Source of the DNA: Hypanus sabinus
Taxonomy: Eukaryota
Direction of reading: 5' to 3'
NCBI RefSeq assembly: GCF_030144855.1
Contig: NC_082731.1
Location: forward strand, 28,458,001 to 28,522,000
DNA length: 64,000 nt
Shown: piece by piece, positions 11,839 through 24,260 of the stretch
Layout of the letters: every line of letters begins with the position of its first letter
Position numbering within the stretch: position 1 is the first letter of the stretch
Program-made: the position numbers and the translations under genes
Notes under the pieces: generated by a model
Databases searched by the model: none
The model's input: the letters and a program-made list of their open reading frames with translations, nothing else
What the model was told of the DNA's origin: nothing

Positions 11839-14800
11839 TTTTATTATTGTTAATAATATATATAAAATACAAATGATATATTAATAAAGGGATTACAAAC
11901 ATACAAATTCCCATTACACATGAAAAAAAATACATAAGCAATGGTTACAGTATAAATGAGTTTACCAAAACATGAACCATACAGTATATGTATGAACATG
12001 GTAAATCTAGATATTTCATAATATATGATATAAAAAAACATAGAAAAATGGGAAAAAATATTATGCAAAATTAACTAACCTACTAATCTAATAGCTAATA
12101 AAGAAAAAAGAAGCAAAAAAAGAAAAAAAAGAAAATAAAAGAGAAAAAAAAGGGCTGTTTATAATATCTCACAAGAATACATAATCATCAATGTCGTCCA
12201 ATCTGATCCTCTCAACATAAATAAGATTAAAGCTGGAAAATCAAATGAACTTGGAATAGGGTCATATCACATCATATGAAAATATTGAATAAATGGTCTC
12301 CATATCTTTTCAAATTTACTAGAAGTATCGAATACACCACTTCTAATTTTTTCTAAATTTAAACATAACATAGTTTGAGAGAACCTACTAAATACTGTGG
12401 GGGGATTAATTTCCTTCCAATTCAACAATATAGATCTTCTGGCCATCAGAGTTAGAAATGCAATCATTCGACAGGCAGAAGAAGATAAATGCAGTGAGTC
12501 CATCATTGGTAAACCAAAAATTGCGGTAATAGGATGAGGTTGTAAATCGATATTCAATACCACAGAGATCTATCACAAATAGGATTTATATAAGAATAAA
12601 AATGAGCTAATTTATCCTTGGACATATGTATGACCTTAAATTGAATTAATGAATGTTTGGCACATATCGAAGATGTATTAACTAATTGAAGAATTCTATC
12701 CCAATTCTCAATAGGAATAATAAGATTAAGTTCTCTTTCCCAATCATTTTTGGTCTTATAAAGGGGCTCTGAACATATCTTCATAATTATATTATAAAAT
12801 TTTGATATAAGCCCTTTTTGAAAAGGGTTTAATTCAAACAAAGTCTCCAAAATATCTGAAGGCACGAAATTTGGAAACATAGGAAGTACAGTACTTAAAA
12901 AATGCCTAATCTGTAAATATCTAAAAAAATGAAATCTAGGCAAATTATATTTATTAGATAATTGCTCAAAAGACATAAAACAATTGTCCAAAAATAAATC
13001 AGAAAATCTTAGTAATCCCTTAGTTTTCCAAGCCGAATAAGCTTGATCTATAATGGAAGGGTGGAAAAAGCAATTCGATACAATAGGACTATTTAAACGA
13101 ATTTAGTCAACCCAAAAAATTTCCGAAATTGAAACCATATACGTAAAGTATGTTTAACTATCAGGTTGTCAATTCGTTTCAGCAATTTAGAAAGAGCAAA
13201 AGGGAGAGAAGTCCCTAAAATAGAACACAGAGCATAACCTGGTACCAATTTAATTTCTAAACTCACCCAATGAGGGCCAAAAGAACCACCCCCGTCTTTC
13301 AACCAACATAACAAATATCTAATATTAACTGCCCAATAATAAAATCTGAAATTAGGTAATGCTAACCCACCTTCCTTCTTTGTCTTCTGTAAATATATTT
13401 TACCTAACCTGGGATTTTTATTCTGCCATATATATGAGGAAATCTTTGAATCAACATTAGTAAAAAAAGATTTCGGAATAAAAATTGGTACCGCTTGAAA
13501 AATATGTAAAAACCTAGATAAAATAACCATCTTAATAACATTAATCCTGCCAATTAGAGATAAAGATAATGGTGACCACTTAGTAAACAAGCGTTTAATC
13601 TGATCAATTAAGGGTAAAAAAATTAAACCTAAATAAATTTTATGGTTTTTTGTGATTCTAATCCCTAAGTAAATAAAAGAGTCATTAACTAATTTAAAAG
13701 GTAAATTACGATATACTGGGACCTGTCTATTCAAAGGAAACAACTCACTCTTATTAAGATTTAACTTATACCTGGAAAACTCACTAAATTGAGCCAACAA
13801 TGATAGAACTGCTGGAATAGATTTCTCAGGATTAGAAATGAATAATAATAAATCATCTGCATACAAAGATAACTTATGAAAATCTGTCCCACGATTAATA
13901 CCCAAAATATCCTGTGATTCTCTGATGGCAATTGCCAAAGGTTCTAAAGCAATGTTAAATAGTAATGGGCTAAGAGGACATCCTTGTCTAGTGCCCTGAA
14001 ATAAACGAGAAAAGGGAGATCTTTGATTATTAGTAAACCCTGAGGCTACTGGAGTATGATAAATCAGTTTAATCCAGGAAATGAATGTCGGACTAAAATT
14101 ATACTTCTCCAACACCTTAAATAAGTAAGGCCATTCAACTCTATCAAATGCTTTCTCCGCATCTAATGAAATCACGCATTCTGAAGTGCAATGTGAAGAA
14201 GTATAAACAATATTCAGTAATCTCCTAACATTGAAAAAAGAATAGCGATTTTTAATAAAACCAGTTTGATCTTCTGAAATAATTTGGGGTAATACCTTCT
14301 CCAACCTGGATGCCAATAACTTGGAAAAAATCTTGGAGTCTACATTCAATAAAGATATTGGTCTATAGGATGCACAGTCAGTAGGGTCCTTATCTTTCTT
14401 CAATATTAATGAAATGGAAGCTCTATAAAAAGATTGTGGCAAATTCCCCAATCTAATTGCTTCCTCAAAAACCCTGCATAACCAAGGAGAAAGAGTACCG
14501 GAAAAACATTTAAAAAATTCTACTGTATACCCATCTGGACCTGGTGCTTTCCCAGAATTCATTGAGGAAATAACCCCTTTGATTTCTGCGTCCGTAATAG
14601 GAGTATCTAATATTGAAAGATCATTGGATGATAATCTTGGGAAATTTAATTTCCCAAGAAAATCACACATGGTATTATGATCCTGAGGGAATTCAGATTG
14701 ATACAGGGAGGTATAAAAGTCTTGAAATGACTTATTTATCTCATCATGATTAACTGTCAAATCCTCATTCTGCTGACGAATCTTAGCGATTTGACGTTTA

Positions 14801-17758
14801 ACCAAAGCATTCTTCAACTGACTGGCTAACAGTTTACCTGATTTATCACTATGTATATAAAAATCAGATCTGGTTTTCATTAATTGATTTTCAATCGGAG
14901 ATGTAAATAATAAACTATGTTCCATTTGAAGTTCAACCCTTTGTAAAGCTCCTTAGTAGGAGTAATCGAATATTTCTTGTCAATCTCTTTAATTTTATCG
15001 ACCAATAAAAGAGTTTCCTTCTTAGTACGTTTTCTCAAACCAATGGAGTAAGAGATAATCTGTCCACGTATATACGCTTTAAAAGTGTCCCAAAGTGTTC
15101 TGCAAGAAATATCATCCGTGGAATTAGTTGAAAAGAAGAAATTGATCTGTTCCTTCATAAATTTAATAAAGTCCGGATCTTGCAGTAAGGTAGAGTCAAA
15201 TCGCCATTGTCTGGCATTAGAAACTGTATCCGTAAATTTAATAGAAAGTTTTAATGGAGCATGGTCAGAGATAGCTATAATATCATAATTACAACCAGTT
15301 ACCGATGGAATAAAACCAGAGTCAATAAAAAAATAATCAATTCTCGAATAAGAATGATAAACATGTGAGAAAAAAAGAAAACTCTTTGTCGTTAGGATGC
15401 CGAAGTCTCCAAATACCAAAAACTCCATTATCAGTCAAAAAGGAGTTAATACAAGTGAACGACATATTGGGGAAAGTCTGAATAGATAAAGAGTTATCCA
15501 TCAAAGGATTCAAACAACAATTAAAGTCACCACCCATTATTAACTTATATTCATCTAGATTGGATAAAGAAGTAAATAAGGACTTTAAAAAATCAGGACA
15601 ATCCACATTTGGAGCATAAACAGTAACCAAAGCAACCTTTTTATTACACAGTAATCCCGTAATTAACAAAAATCTACCATTCGGATCCAAAAAGATATCA
15701 TGTTGAACAAATGCAATAGAGGAGTCAATAAAAATTGAAACTCCTTTTACTTTGGCATTCGAATTCGAATGATACTGTTGACCCCGCCAAGACCTAAAAC
15801 AGCGATATTTTTCCTCCTTCCTCACATGAGTTTCTTGTACAAAAATGACATGAGCATTAAGTCTTTGGAATACTTTGAAAATCTTCTTTCATTTAATCGG
15901 ATGGTTTAAACCATTAGTATTCCAAGACACAAAATTAATAGTCTGAGCCATAATTCTAAAATCAACCCTTTGGTATAAAAAGAGTTAACCAAATTATAAA
16001 CTCATGCACCCGGAAGAGGAACAAAAATAAAGAGCGGACCTGGAAGTGAAGACAACGCAGACATTTGAAGTTCAAAAACAGCCCAAAAGAAAAAGCTAAA
16101 ACAAACTGGTAAAGGAAAAATAAAATTAGAAAACAAACTAACCCCCACCCCTACAAAAAAAGATTAAAAAATGCCAAAATATAGTGAGAAAAAGGAAAAA
16201 ATGAGATTAATTCTATCCCCATGTCAGCGGAAGACCACTCCGTATATAAAGGATATATATTTTAAAAAACCACCCCAACTTTAAAAATTAAAGTCACTAT
16301 ACGAAAAACCATACTTCTTAATATAGTTAGTTGTAACAAAAAAGAATATAGTCACTAAGAGCTTATAAATCGGGCTATAGCCCAGACAAAACAAAAGATA
16401 TTTAAGCTATGATAAGCGATGCATTGTAGGAAGAAGACAAAAGAGAAAAAAATAACGCCATCTTAAACAAAACCAAAAATATTTTTCAAAAAACCACCAT
16501 CTTAATAAAAAAGTATTCACCTTCGAAGGGTTAAAATACTCCTTGGAAGTAACAAAAATAATAGTCAAGAATGTAGTATAATGGTTAAAGTGTGGAAAAC
16601 AAAGCGATTAATATAACGAAAACACACTTTAACTAAATATGAAGTATAGGATAAACCTACACCAATAACCAGAGGCTAAATCTGGTTTAAGAAATCGAGA
16701 ACCATCTTACACAATCAGAATCATTCATTTATTAGAGACTAGTGTCTATAACAGTAGGGAAGTTCTCGTCCAGATAACTTCTCGCTTCGGATGTAGAAAG
16801 GAAAACCTGGTGTGAAGCATTTGGCGGAGAAATTCTAAGCTTCGCAGGGTATAAGAGCGCAGGTTTTAGATTCTTCTTCTAACATTCAGCCATCAGCGGT
16901 TTAAAAAGAAGCCTTTTTTTCAAAACTTCAGGACTAAAATCTTCAACCAAACAGAAGTAGTGATCTTGAAATTTAACCATTCCTGCCCGCCGAGCCGCAC
17001 AAATAAGTTGTTCTTTGTCATGTACATAATGAAACCGGACAATTACAACCGAAGGTTTAGCTGTAGCGCTCGATGATCGACACCAAATTCTATGTGCGCG
17101 ATCCAATAACGGAGGATTATTTGGGAAAATCGACAGAAACTCTTCTTTTAATAATTGAGCAAAATATTTTGAATGGTCATCTTTTTCTATGCCATCTGGG
17201 AGACCAAGTATGCGTAGGTTCTGTCTACTGGACCGATTCTCAAAGTCGACACTCTTGGCTTTAAGTGTTTCCACCAGTTTAGTGGTTGAAATTAAATCCT
17301 GTTGCAGTTTTCAATAGTCAAATCTCGTTTCCGAGCGTCTTCTTGCAGAGATGCGATAAGAACTTGCTGCTGGTTAATTACTAAATCCGTCTTAACCATA
17401 TAATCTTGGAAAGCCTTTATATCTTGTTTAAAAATTTGTTGTAGTTAATCAAATTTTTTTATCCAAAACCTCCATAAACAATTCATAAGTTAATTGAGTG
17501 TGTTGCGGATGAGCTTGCTTCTTTCCATTACCGTTCGGGTTCCACCCAGGTTCTCGTCCTTTAGATATAAGAGACATTTCTGTTTGCATATCTTCAAAAA
17601 TTCACAATAAACTCTTAACACCAAGTTAAAAAAAATAGCAAAAAACTTCTGGTGTAGGTAAAAATAAGTTGAATAAGGGTGATCAAAGGTTAAATAAAGT
17701 AAAGGCTATGGAGCGAATCTAAAACAGTACTCACTCCATGAGCGTCTCCCGCTGACCT
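11839..17758 (-). mobile_element. Near full-length L1-clade LINE (about 5.9 kb), 12-bp TSD CTCCAAGAATCT
   Basis: TSD at 11827-11838 and 17759-17770; poly(A)-like end at 11839. ORF1 (DFENRSSRQNLRILGLP...LDRAHRI) about 16860-17580. ORF2: APE (YAPN, MGGDFN, SRIDYF, SDHAP) and RT (GKAPGPDG, YRPISLLNVD, LDAEKAFD, QGCPLSP, YADD); frameshifted. Confidence 0.97.
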
Positions 17759-19440
17759 CTCCAAGAATCTAGTTCAAACAACCAATGTAAGAAAGTCTCT
17801 GACACATCCTCAAAACTCGAATCCTGAGTTGAACAATCCTGAGTAACAACCTCATTCTGCACATCAATCTTTTTCGCCATAACTCTAGTCACAACACAGG
17901 AAGAATCTGTGTTAGAATTCAACTCTGGTTCCTCTGACTCCATTGTCAAATGCACTTCATGAAAAACTTGTCCACCTGCCAAGTCATTACCTAACAATAA
18001 AGAAATACCCTTCATAGGTAAGCTATGCTGTAATCCTTCTTTAACAAATCCTGTAACTAACCCTGACTTTAAATTTACTTTACGTAAATGTATAGGCATA
18101 AAATCACTCCCAACACCTCTTATATAATTTACCTCACCAGTATCAGACTCTTCATTAAACTTCAACACAATGTCTAACATCAATGATTGAGAAGCTCCAG
18201 TATCCCTAAGGATTTTTATTGGCACCAGAGTAGATCCTTCCTTCAAGGATACAAACCCTTCAGTTATAAAATGATCATATCCCTTTTTAACTTGGTCAGA
18301 CTCTAACAAAGCCTCATTTGTGTTTATCAAACCCTGTAATTTTATAAGTGCTTCAGTATGTTGCACGCAAGCATCTGGAACTGCTTTCTTCCTTTCTTTT
18401 TCAATCTGAAGCAGTTAGCTATTACATGGCCAGGCTTCTTACAATAGTTACAAATAAGACCAAACTGTCTTTCCTTCACAGGTTTTCCTTCCTCCTTACC
18501 TTTCTCATTAATATCTGATTTAATTTCTGATTTACCACGAGTCTCCATGTTATTTTCCCTCTTAAAATTTCTGCCCTGAGGAAATTTATTCTTATGGATT
18601 AAAACATACTCGTCAGCTAATCTAGCACAGTCCTGCAATTTATCACTATCCCTCTCATTTAAGTAGGTCCTTACTTCAACAGGAATGCTTCTTTTAAATT
18701 CCTCCATTAAAATCAGCTCTCTCAATGTATCATAGTCCGCATTTACATTTTTTGAAGAAACCCATCTCTCAAAACACATAGTTTTATCATAGGCAAATTC
18801 CACATAAGTTTTTTCCACAGACTTTTTCAAACTTCTGAATCTTTCCCTATAAGCTTCTGGGTCTAATTTGTATGCATTTAGAATATGCATTTTCACAATA
18901 TCATAATCAAGTGCTTGTGCAGCAGTTAAAGCTGTGTAAACTTGTGCTTTACCTTTAATTACACTCTGTAACAACACTGACCATTTATCTCTCGGCCACT
19001 CTGATATCCGAGCAATAGTTTCAAAATGTTGAAAATATCTTTCCACTTCTGTTTCACTAAATGGAGGGACCAATTTAATTTCTTGACTAGCAACAAACGG
19101 TTTTCTAGAACCAGAAGACTGATTCCCAGACCTTAATTCCTCCATTGCATATTCAAAATCTCTCTGTTTTCAGTCAGCCTCTAATTTCAAACGCTCCAAT
19201 TTCATTTGTTCGATTTGCAACTGCATCTCCAGATGACTTATTGGAAGCGACTCTAAAATCGAATCATCAAAAACACCTGAATCCACATAGTGTGACACGA
19301 ATTTTCTCTGTATTACAGCCTTAGACGTAGTCTGCAAAATACCTTTAAGTTGCAATCTACGAGCTATCTCAGAGACCTCAGTTTTTTTTCGCCTTCGCTA
19401 ACAACTCCACATCAGGCGAAACCAGAAACTCATCAATATT
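17731..19440 (-). pseudogene. Gmr1-type gag (SCAN-like region, CCHC knuckle) and protease, frameshifted
   Basis: IKLVPPFSETEVERYFQHFE...LILMEEFKRSIPVEVRTYL; CNYCKKPGHVIANC; PIKILRDTGASQSL. Confidence 0.9.
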
Positions 19441-19549
19441 CATTGCTGCCGAAAAACACTCACAAGCCAATCAAACAAAAGAATCGAGTATTCCCCTTTT
19501 CCAAAACACCGATCCAAAAGTTAGCAAGCATTGAAACTCAAACGATCCA

Positions 19550-19567
19550 ATCCGGACGCAGCCCCCA
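19550..19567 (-). promoter_or_regulatory. Primer-binding site, tRNA-Pro type
   Basis: Minus strand TGGGGGCTGCGTCCGGAT, 6 nt from the LTR, closely matching the canonical tRNA-Pro PBS TGGGGGCTCGTCCGGGAT. Confidence 0.75.
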
Positions 19568-19573
19568 TATTTA

Positions 19574-20440
19574 TGTTACATATTCAGGCAACAACAAATA
19601 TGAGTTCGGCAAGGGTTTTAATAACAAACAACACGTTTATTAAACACTGCAAAACAAACCCCCCAAAAGTAAACAAACACTAACGTAACCGGAAATCAGC
19701 TGCTGTGCAGCAGTTTAAACGGTTCTTAAAGTGATGCAGCCCAAACAGTTCTTAAAGCAATGTTGCAAAAACAGTTCTTTAAAGTAGTATTGCCAAACGT
19801 TCAAAATGCTCATGGTCCACTTAGGGGAGAGACTTTTTAAGACGATTTAAATTCTCTTTCACTTCATTTTGCTTCGATCTGGCGTCGAACTTTTCCCATG
19901 AAGAATTTACAAAACGAAACGGCTTAAAGGCACTGACATTTCCTTTATCACACTGTCCTCAATCTTCTGCTATCCCCCAGAGATTAACATGAGAACAGCC
20001 AACGAATTCCTTCCAAATAAGGATAAAATAAGGTCAAACCCATTTCACCGTCGAAATAGATTATCCTCGATCTTTAACTCCCGAACTCCGATCTTCACTC
20101 TCCACTGATTTCTGAACTAGCAGCACAGTAAAGAAACTGCTGGCAATGACCTTTTAAACTTTAGGCATTAGATAAAAACTTCATCCTTCAACTAAACTGC
20201 GTCATCACATTAAATCACGCAGTGGCATGAAGTCAACTTGGCAAATCCAGCCACGAACTGCCCCTCCTCACAGGGTGGGGTCTTCCTTTTATAACCTGTA
20301 AAAAAAACCCTGTCACATGATCTCTACTGGCGGGAAAATGACGTCACTCCACCATCACAAGATCATTACCTTAAGTCCAGAATAGCTTCAACCCCAGTCA
20401 TGTGACAATGGTACCACTGTCATGTCAGGAGTACGTAACA
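19574..20440 (-). repeat. 5' LTR of the Gmr1-type element
   Basis: Direct repeat of 8610-9461 with a 14-bp indel near its right end. Confidence 0.95.
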
Positions 20441-20999
20441 ACATTTACATCGTAAATACTTGCAAAAGTAAAACTACAACAACTACGTTATATTAAAGTG
20501 CAGCATTCAGTCAGAATCTACCTACGCCATTGACTGCTTTAAATACACTTCAACACAAACTATCCGCAACTCTTTAACTAACGAAAACATAAACCTTATC
20601 GACCGTTGTTACTTTTAACAGGATCGGCATTAACATTTTAATTCAACATATCGATTATCTCATGACTTACAGCGTTGCTTTCACTATGTTCCTAGTGCGT
20701 AGAAAGACAACTTTCCTTGCTGGCACTGGACTCGCACATGTCTGGCCCCACCTTCCCGTTTCTCCAAACCGGTATTTTCCCACAGGACGCGGCAAAACCA
20801 GATGTGACGTCATCGCATGCCACGATATATCACAGACAACGAATTTACTTTAAACAATCCTAACTTTAGCTAGGAAATACTAACAAATGAATTTCTACGC
20901 GAAAATATTATAAACTATATAACTGCCATAAAGTCAACGCACTCCCCGCTTGACCTTCATAAGGTCACAATGAACATAATACAAAACTTCAGTCTCTAA

Positions 21000-21494
21000 T
21001 CAGTCCTTAGGTAGAAGTAGAATGACTTCTGTAACAGGCCCTTGGTAAATTTTCACATCACCTTGGTCAGTAGGTTTCAACTCAACCTTCCTGACATGTC
21101 CATTCCTACTAGGGAATGTAGCAGTGATTCTGGCCATTGGCCAGCCGTTGCGGGCAATGTGCTTGTCCCTGAGCAGGACTAAATCTCCAACTTGTAGATT
21201 CCTGCAGGGTTCTGTCCACTTTTGTCTGTGTTGCAACAGAGGTAGATATTCCTGTCTCCAACGAGACCAGAACTGATTTGCCAGAGCCTGGACCTGTCTC
21301 CATTGCTTTGTGCACAGATCCTTATCGGAGAAGTCCCCTGGTGGAGGGGGAGCTCCTGTCTTCGGTGTAAGGAGCATTGATGGCGAGAGTATGAAGAAGT
21401 TTTCCGGGTCAGAAGACACGGGTAGGAGTGGTCGTGCATTTATAATGGCTGTGCAATTAGTGTGCACAGTACTTTGTAGGTCAATCGGGTGCAT
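21000..21494 (-). pseudogene. BEL/Pao integrase C-terminal region
   Basis: AIINARPL...QWRQVQALANQFWSRWRQEYLPLLQHRQKW...LQVGDLVLLRD...WPMARI. Confidence 0.85.
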
Positions 21495-21772
21495 TGCTGC
21501 ATCTCAGGTTTCCTTTTCAGGGTTTTTTGTAAGGGCGTGGACTGCTTGACTGCCTGCTCTTTGTTGTTTGGCAAGCACTGGCGTGGTTCTCTGAAAGGCA
21601 GTGGGGTGACCCCATTATTTGCTTCATCTCTGAAGACCTTGGTGTCCTTTGTTTTTAAGAAAATGGCATCTTGAGCTGATGGAGCAAGTTTATTATCATG
21701 CTCGGTTTGAGCAAAGACTGACAGACCCAGCGTCTCGTCAGTTACTTTACGTTTGTTAAAGCCTTGTCGTGC

Positions 21773-22264
21773 TTACTTAATACACGTGACACTTGTGCGG
21801 GGTTGAAAAATTGACTGGCAGCCACTCTCTAGCACATTGGTCTTGAATGTGTTAACCGTCGGTTTGTGTACACTGCCAGGGCACACCTCTCCTATCACCA
21901 CCCCGCCCAGATCCAGGCGTTGCGCAAAGGGGGCGCCGTGTGGTCCATTGACCTGCTGCCTAAACTTGTGCACATGGAGAACATCTCTTCCTAATAGCAG
22001 GAGTATTTCTGCTTTTGGATCCAGTTCTGGGATGTGTTTGGCGATGTGGTGGAGATGTGGCTGGTGTAGCACCACAATTGGCGTCGGGATTTCAGTGCGG
22101 TTCTTCAAAATTTGCTTGCGCTCTAAGAGTGGAGGGAGACAGATGACGACTTTACCATCCAGAGACTCGAGCTGGAAGCCTTCTGCCTTCCTTCCATAAG
22201 TTTCCACCTTGCCTGAGCAAGTTCTAAGGTAGTATAGGAACTGCTCACTCTCAATGTTGAACAA
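21773..22264 (-). pseudogene. BEL/Pao aspartic-protease region fragment
   Basis: IPELDPKAEILLLLGRDVLHVHK...PFAQRLDLGGVVIGEVC, typical of the Pao peptidase region. Confidence 0.75.
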
Positions 22265-22291
22265 GTTAAAGAACTCTGGACTGACTAGTGA

Positions 22292-23968
22292 TCAATTGCT
22301 CTGATCGTCCAGAACTACATAGGCTTTGATGGCCTTGTCTTTGGCTCCTTTAGGGTACAACTTAGTGAGGCAGATCTTTGAACAAGATCGGTTTGACTGA
22401 GCTTGACCGCAAACTTCTGTACAGCTCGAGCTGACGACAGTTGTCCTGGAGTGAGCCTCTCCCTCCCCGCCATCCTGTTGTGGGAGTGAAGGAGCGTTGT
22501 TGGTTTGCGGTAACGGGCCGGGATGCATGGCCCCATCTTGATTAGTGCTATTACATTCCAGACACTTCACGGCGATCGTACATTCTCTAGCGAAGTGAGA
22601 GGTCGAGGAACAGCATTTAAAACATATTCTTTTCTCCTTGAGAAGGGCCATCCTCTCTTCAAAGGATTTTTCCCTAAACGTTCTGCATTTTCTGAGGGGG
22701 TGGGGTTTGTTATGCAATGGACAATTCTTGCGAGGGTCATTGTTAGTTGTAAAGGCTTCAGTCTTAAGGACTGAGACGGGTTTCTCAATGTTGAAATTAT
22801 TCGAAGAGGATTTTTCTGGCTTGGTGTAAATTGTACTGCTTCCTGGACCCATGATGCTCGGGTCATTTTGCTTCTTTGCCTCCTTGCACACAAACCTAGT
22901 GAAATACTCAAAGGGAGGAAATCGACCATTATGCTCTTCTTTGTACTCTGAGGCAACAGACACCCACCTGTCCTGCAGCCCAAATGGAAGTTTGTCCACG
23001 ATTTGTCTAATCCCGGATGGAGTACCTAGGGTTACTAGACCAGTTGAGTAGCCATCTTCTTTGGCGCCTTGAATCTCCAAGAGTAATTCTCTGAGCTCCC
23101 TTAACTTAATGTGGTCCTTGGCTGACACCTTAGGAAAATTTTCCAGACGTTGGTATAGCGCCGCTTCAATAATTTCGGGGACAGCATAACCCTCCCGAAG
23201 TCTCTCCCATGCTTTGCTTAAGGCTAGCTCGGGTTTGTTGATGTACACTGAACGTATGTGTCTCACCTGTTCGCATGATTCTTTTCCCAGCCATTTCGCC
23301 ATAAGATCCAACTCTTGGGTTGCTTTGAGCTGGATTCTGTCGATAGCGTTGGTGAATGTGGAGTACCATGCACGGTAATTTTCAGGTTTATCGTCAAACT
23401 GGTACAGTCCTGAAGTGATGAGATCTCGTCGTGCTAAATACTGTGCCAGGGGTTCAATTGCAAGTGGCATGCGGGCTAGGTAAATATGTCGGCGAGTATA
23501 TAACCGAGGGTGTACCTCTGTTATGGAATTTGTTGTTCTGAATTCAGCCTTTGCCGCTCTTCTCGCCAAATCTGGTAAGTTTGGTGTCGAGAAGTATTTG
23601 TCATCAGCCCTTATGTTCTTGACTTCATCGTGGAGTTGCAAGGGTAAATTGTCTTCCTCAGATGGATGTGATGCAGTTGGGCCTCTCTGGGACCTCTCAT
23701 GAAGTGGGGCGTTATCGTATAAGTATGGGGAGGAAGAACGAATCTTCCAGACTGTTTGAGATTGGACATAGTCGCTTGTGCATCCCAATCTGGTCTTTTC
23801 TGAAGTAGATTTTACATCAACCAGATCGTGCATTTCTTCAGCATCTTCTATGAACTCTGCTTCCACCCTGGCAGCTTCTTCTTCTCGTTCCAGCATCAAC
23901 ACTTCTAACTCTGCCGCTATCCTTGCCCTTTCCAACTGGTTTTGGGCTTCTCTGAAAACCTTTTCCAT
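22292..23968 (-). CDS. BEL/Pao gag (N-terminally truncated), 558-codon open frame with Cys/His knuckles
   Basis: FDDKPENYRAWYSTF, IVDKLPFGLQDRW, CPLHNKPHPLRKC, CFKCCSSTSHFAREC, CLECNST; ends at the protease start AYVVLDDQSN. Confidence 0.85.
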   Translation of the reverse strand: MEKVFREAQNQLERARIAAELEVLMLEREEEAARVEAEFIEDAEEMHDLVDVKSTSEKTRLGCTSDYVQSQTVWKIRSSSPYLYDNAPLHERSQRGPTASHPSEEDNLPLQLHDEVKNIRADDKYFSTPNLPDLARRAAKAEFRTTNSITEVHPRLYTRRHIYLARMPLAIEPLAQYLARRDLITSGLYQFDDKPENYRAWYSTFTNAIDRIQLKATQELDLMAKWLGKESCEQVRHIRSVYINKPELALSKAWERLREGYAVPEIIEAALYQRLENFPKVSAKDHIKLRELRELLLEIQGAKEDGYSTGLVTLGTPSGIRQIVDKLPFGLQDRWVSVASEYKEEHNGRFPPFEYFTRFVCKEAKKQNDPSIMGPGSSTIYTKPEKSSSNNFNIEKPVSVLKTEAFTTNNDPRKNCPLHNKPHPLRKCRTFREKSFEERMALLKEKRICFKCCSSTSHFARECTIAVKCLECNSTNQDGAMHPGPLPQTNNAPSLPQQDGGEGEAHSRTTVVSSSCTEVCGQAQSNRSCSKICLTKLYPKGAKDKAIKAYVVLDDQSN

Positions 23969-24260
23969 TTCTCTGGCAGCCGCTTCCTTCTAGTTTTCCG
24001 CTTCTCTGGCAGTGCGTAGAAAGACAACTTTCCTTGCTGGCGCTGGACTCGCACAAGTCTGGCCCCCACCTTCCCGTTTCTCCAAAACCGGTATTTTCCC
24101 ACAGGACGCGGCGAAACCAGATGTGACGTCATTGCATGCCACGATATATCACAGACAACGAATTTACGTTAAACAATCCTAACTTTAACTAGAAAATGCT
24201 AACAAACAAATTACTAAGCGAAAATATAATAAACTAAATAACTGCCATAAAGGCAACACA

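Larger units (their letters stand above)
8610..20440 (-). mobile_element. Gmr1-type Gypsy LTR retrotransposon (gag-PR-IN-RT order) with two LTRs and 4-bp TSD ACAT; interrupted by an L1
   Basis: LTRs 8610-9461 and 19574-20440 (TG...CA, about 94-95% identical by eye). ACAT at 8606-8609 and 20441-20444. PPT at 9462-9470; PBS at 19550-19567. Confidence 0.95.
8434..24260 (-). mobile_element. BEL/Pao LTR retrotransposon, internally deleted, hosting a Gmr1-type Gypsy insertion in its 3' LTR; 5-bp TSD AAGAC
   Basis: AAGAC at 8429-8433 and 24261-24265. 3' LTR = 8434-8609 plus 20445-20941; 5' LTR remnant = 24011-24260, about 95% like 20694-20941. Polypurine tract (plus strand CTCCCCGC) next to 20941. 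Confidence 0.9.

Noticed and set aside
13093-14925. 610-aa ORF as a host gene
   Set aside because: It is L1 ORF2 reverse transcriptase inside a TSD-flanked element.
8610-20440. Long direct repeats as a CRISPR array or segmental duplication
   Set aside because: They are paired LTRs with PBS, PPT and TSD; there is no repeat-spacer array anywhere in the window.
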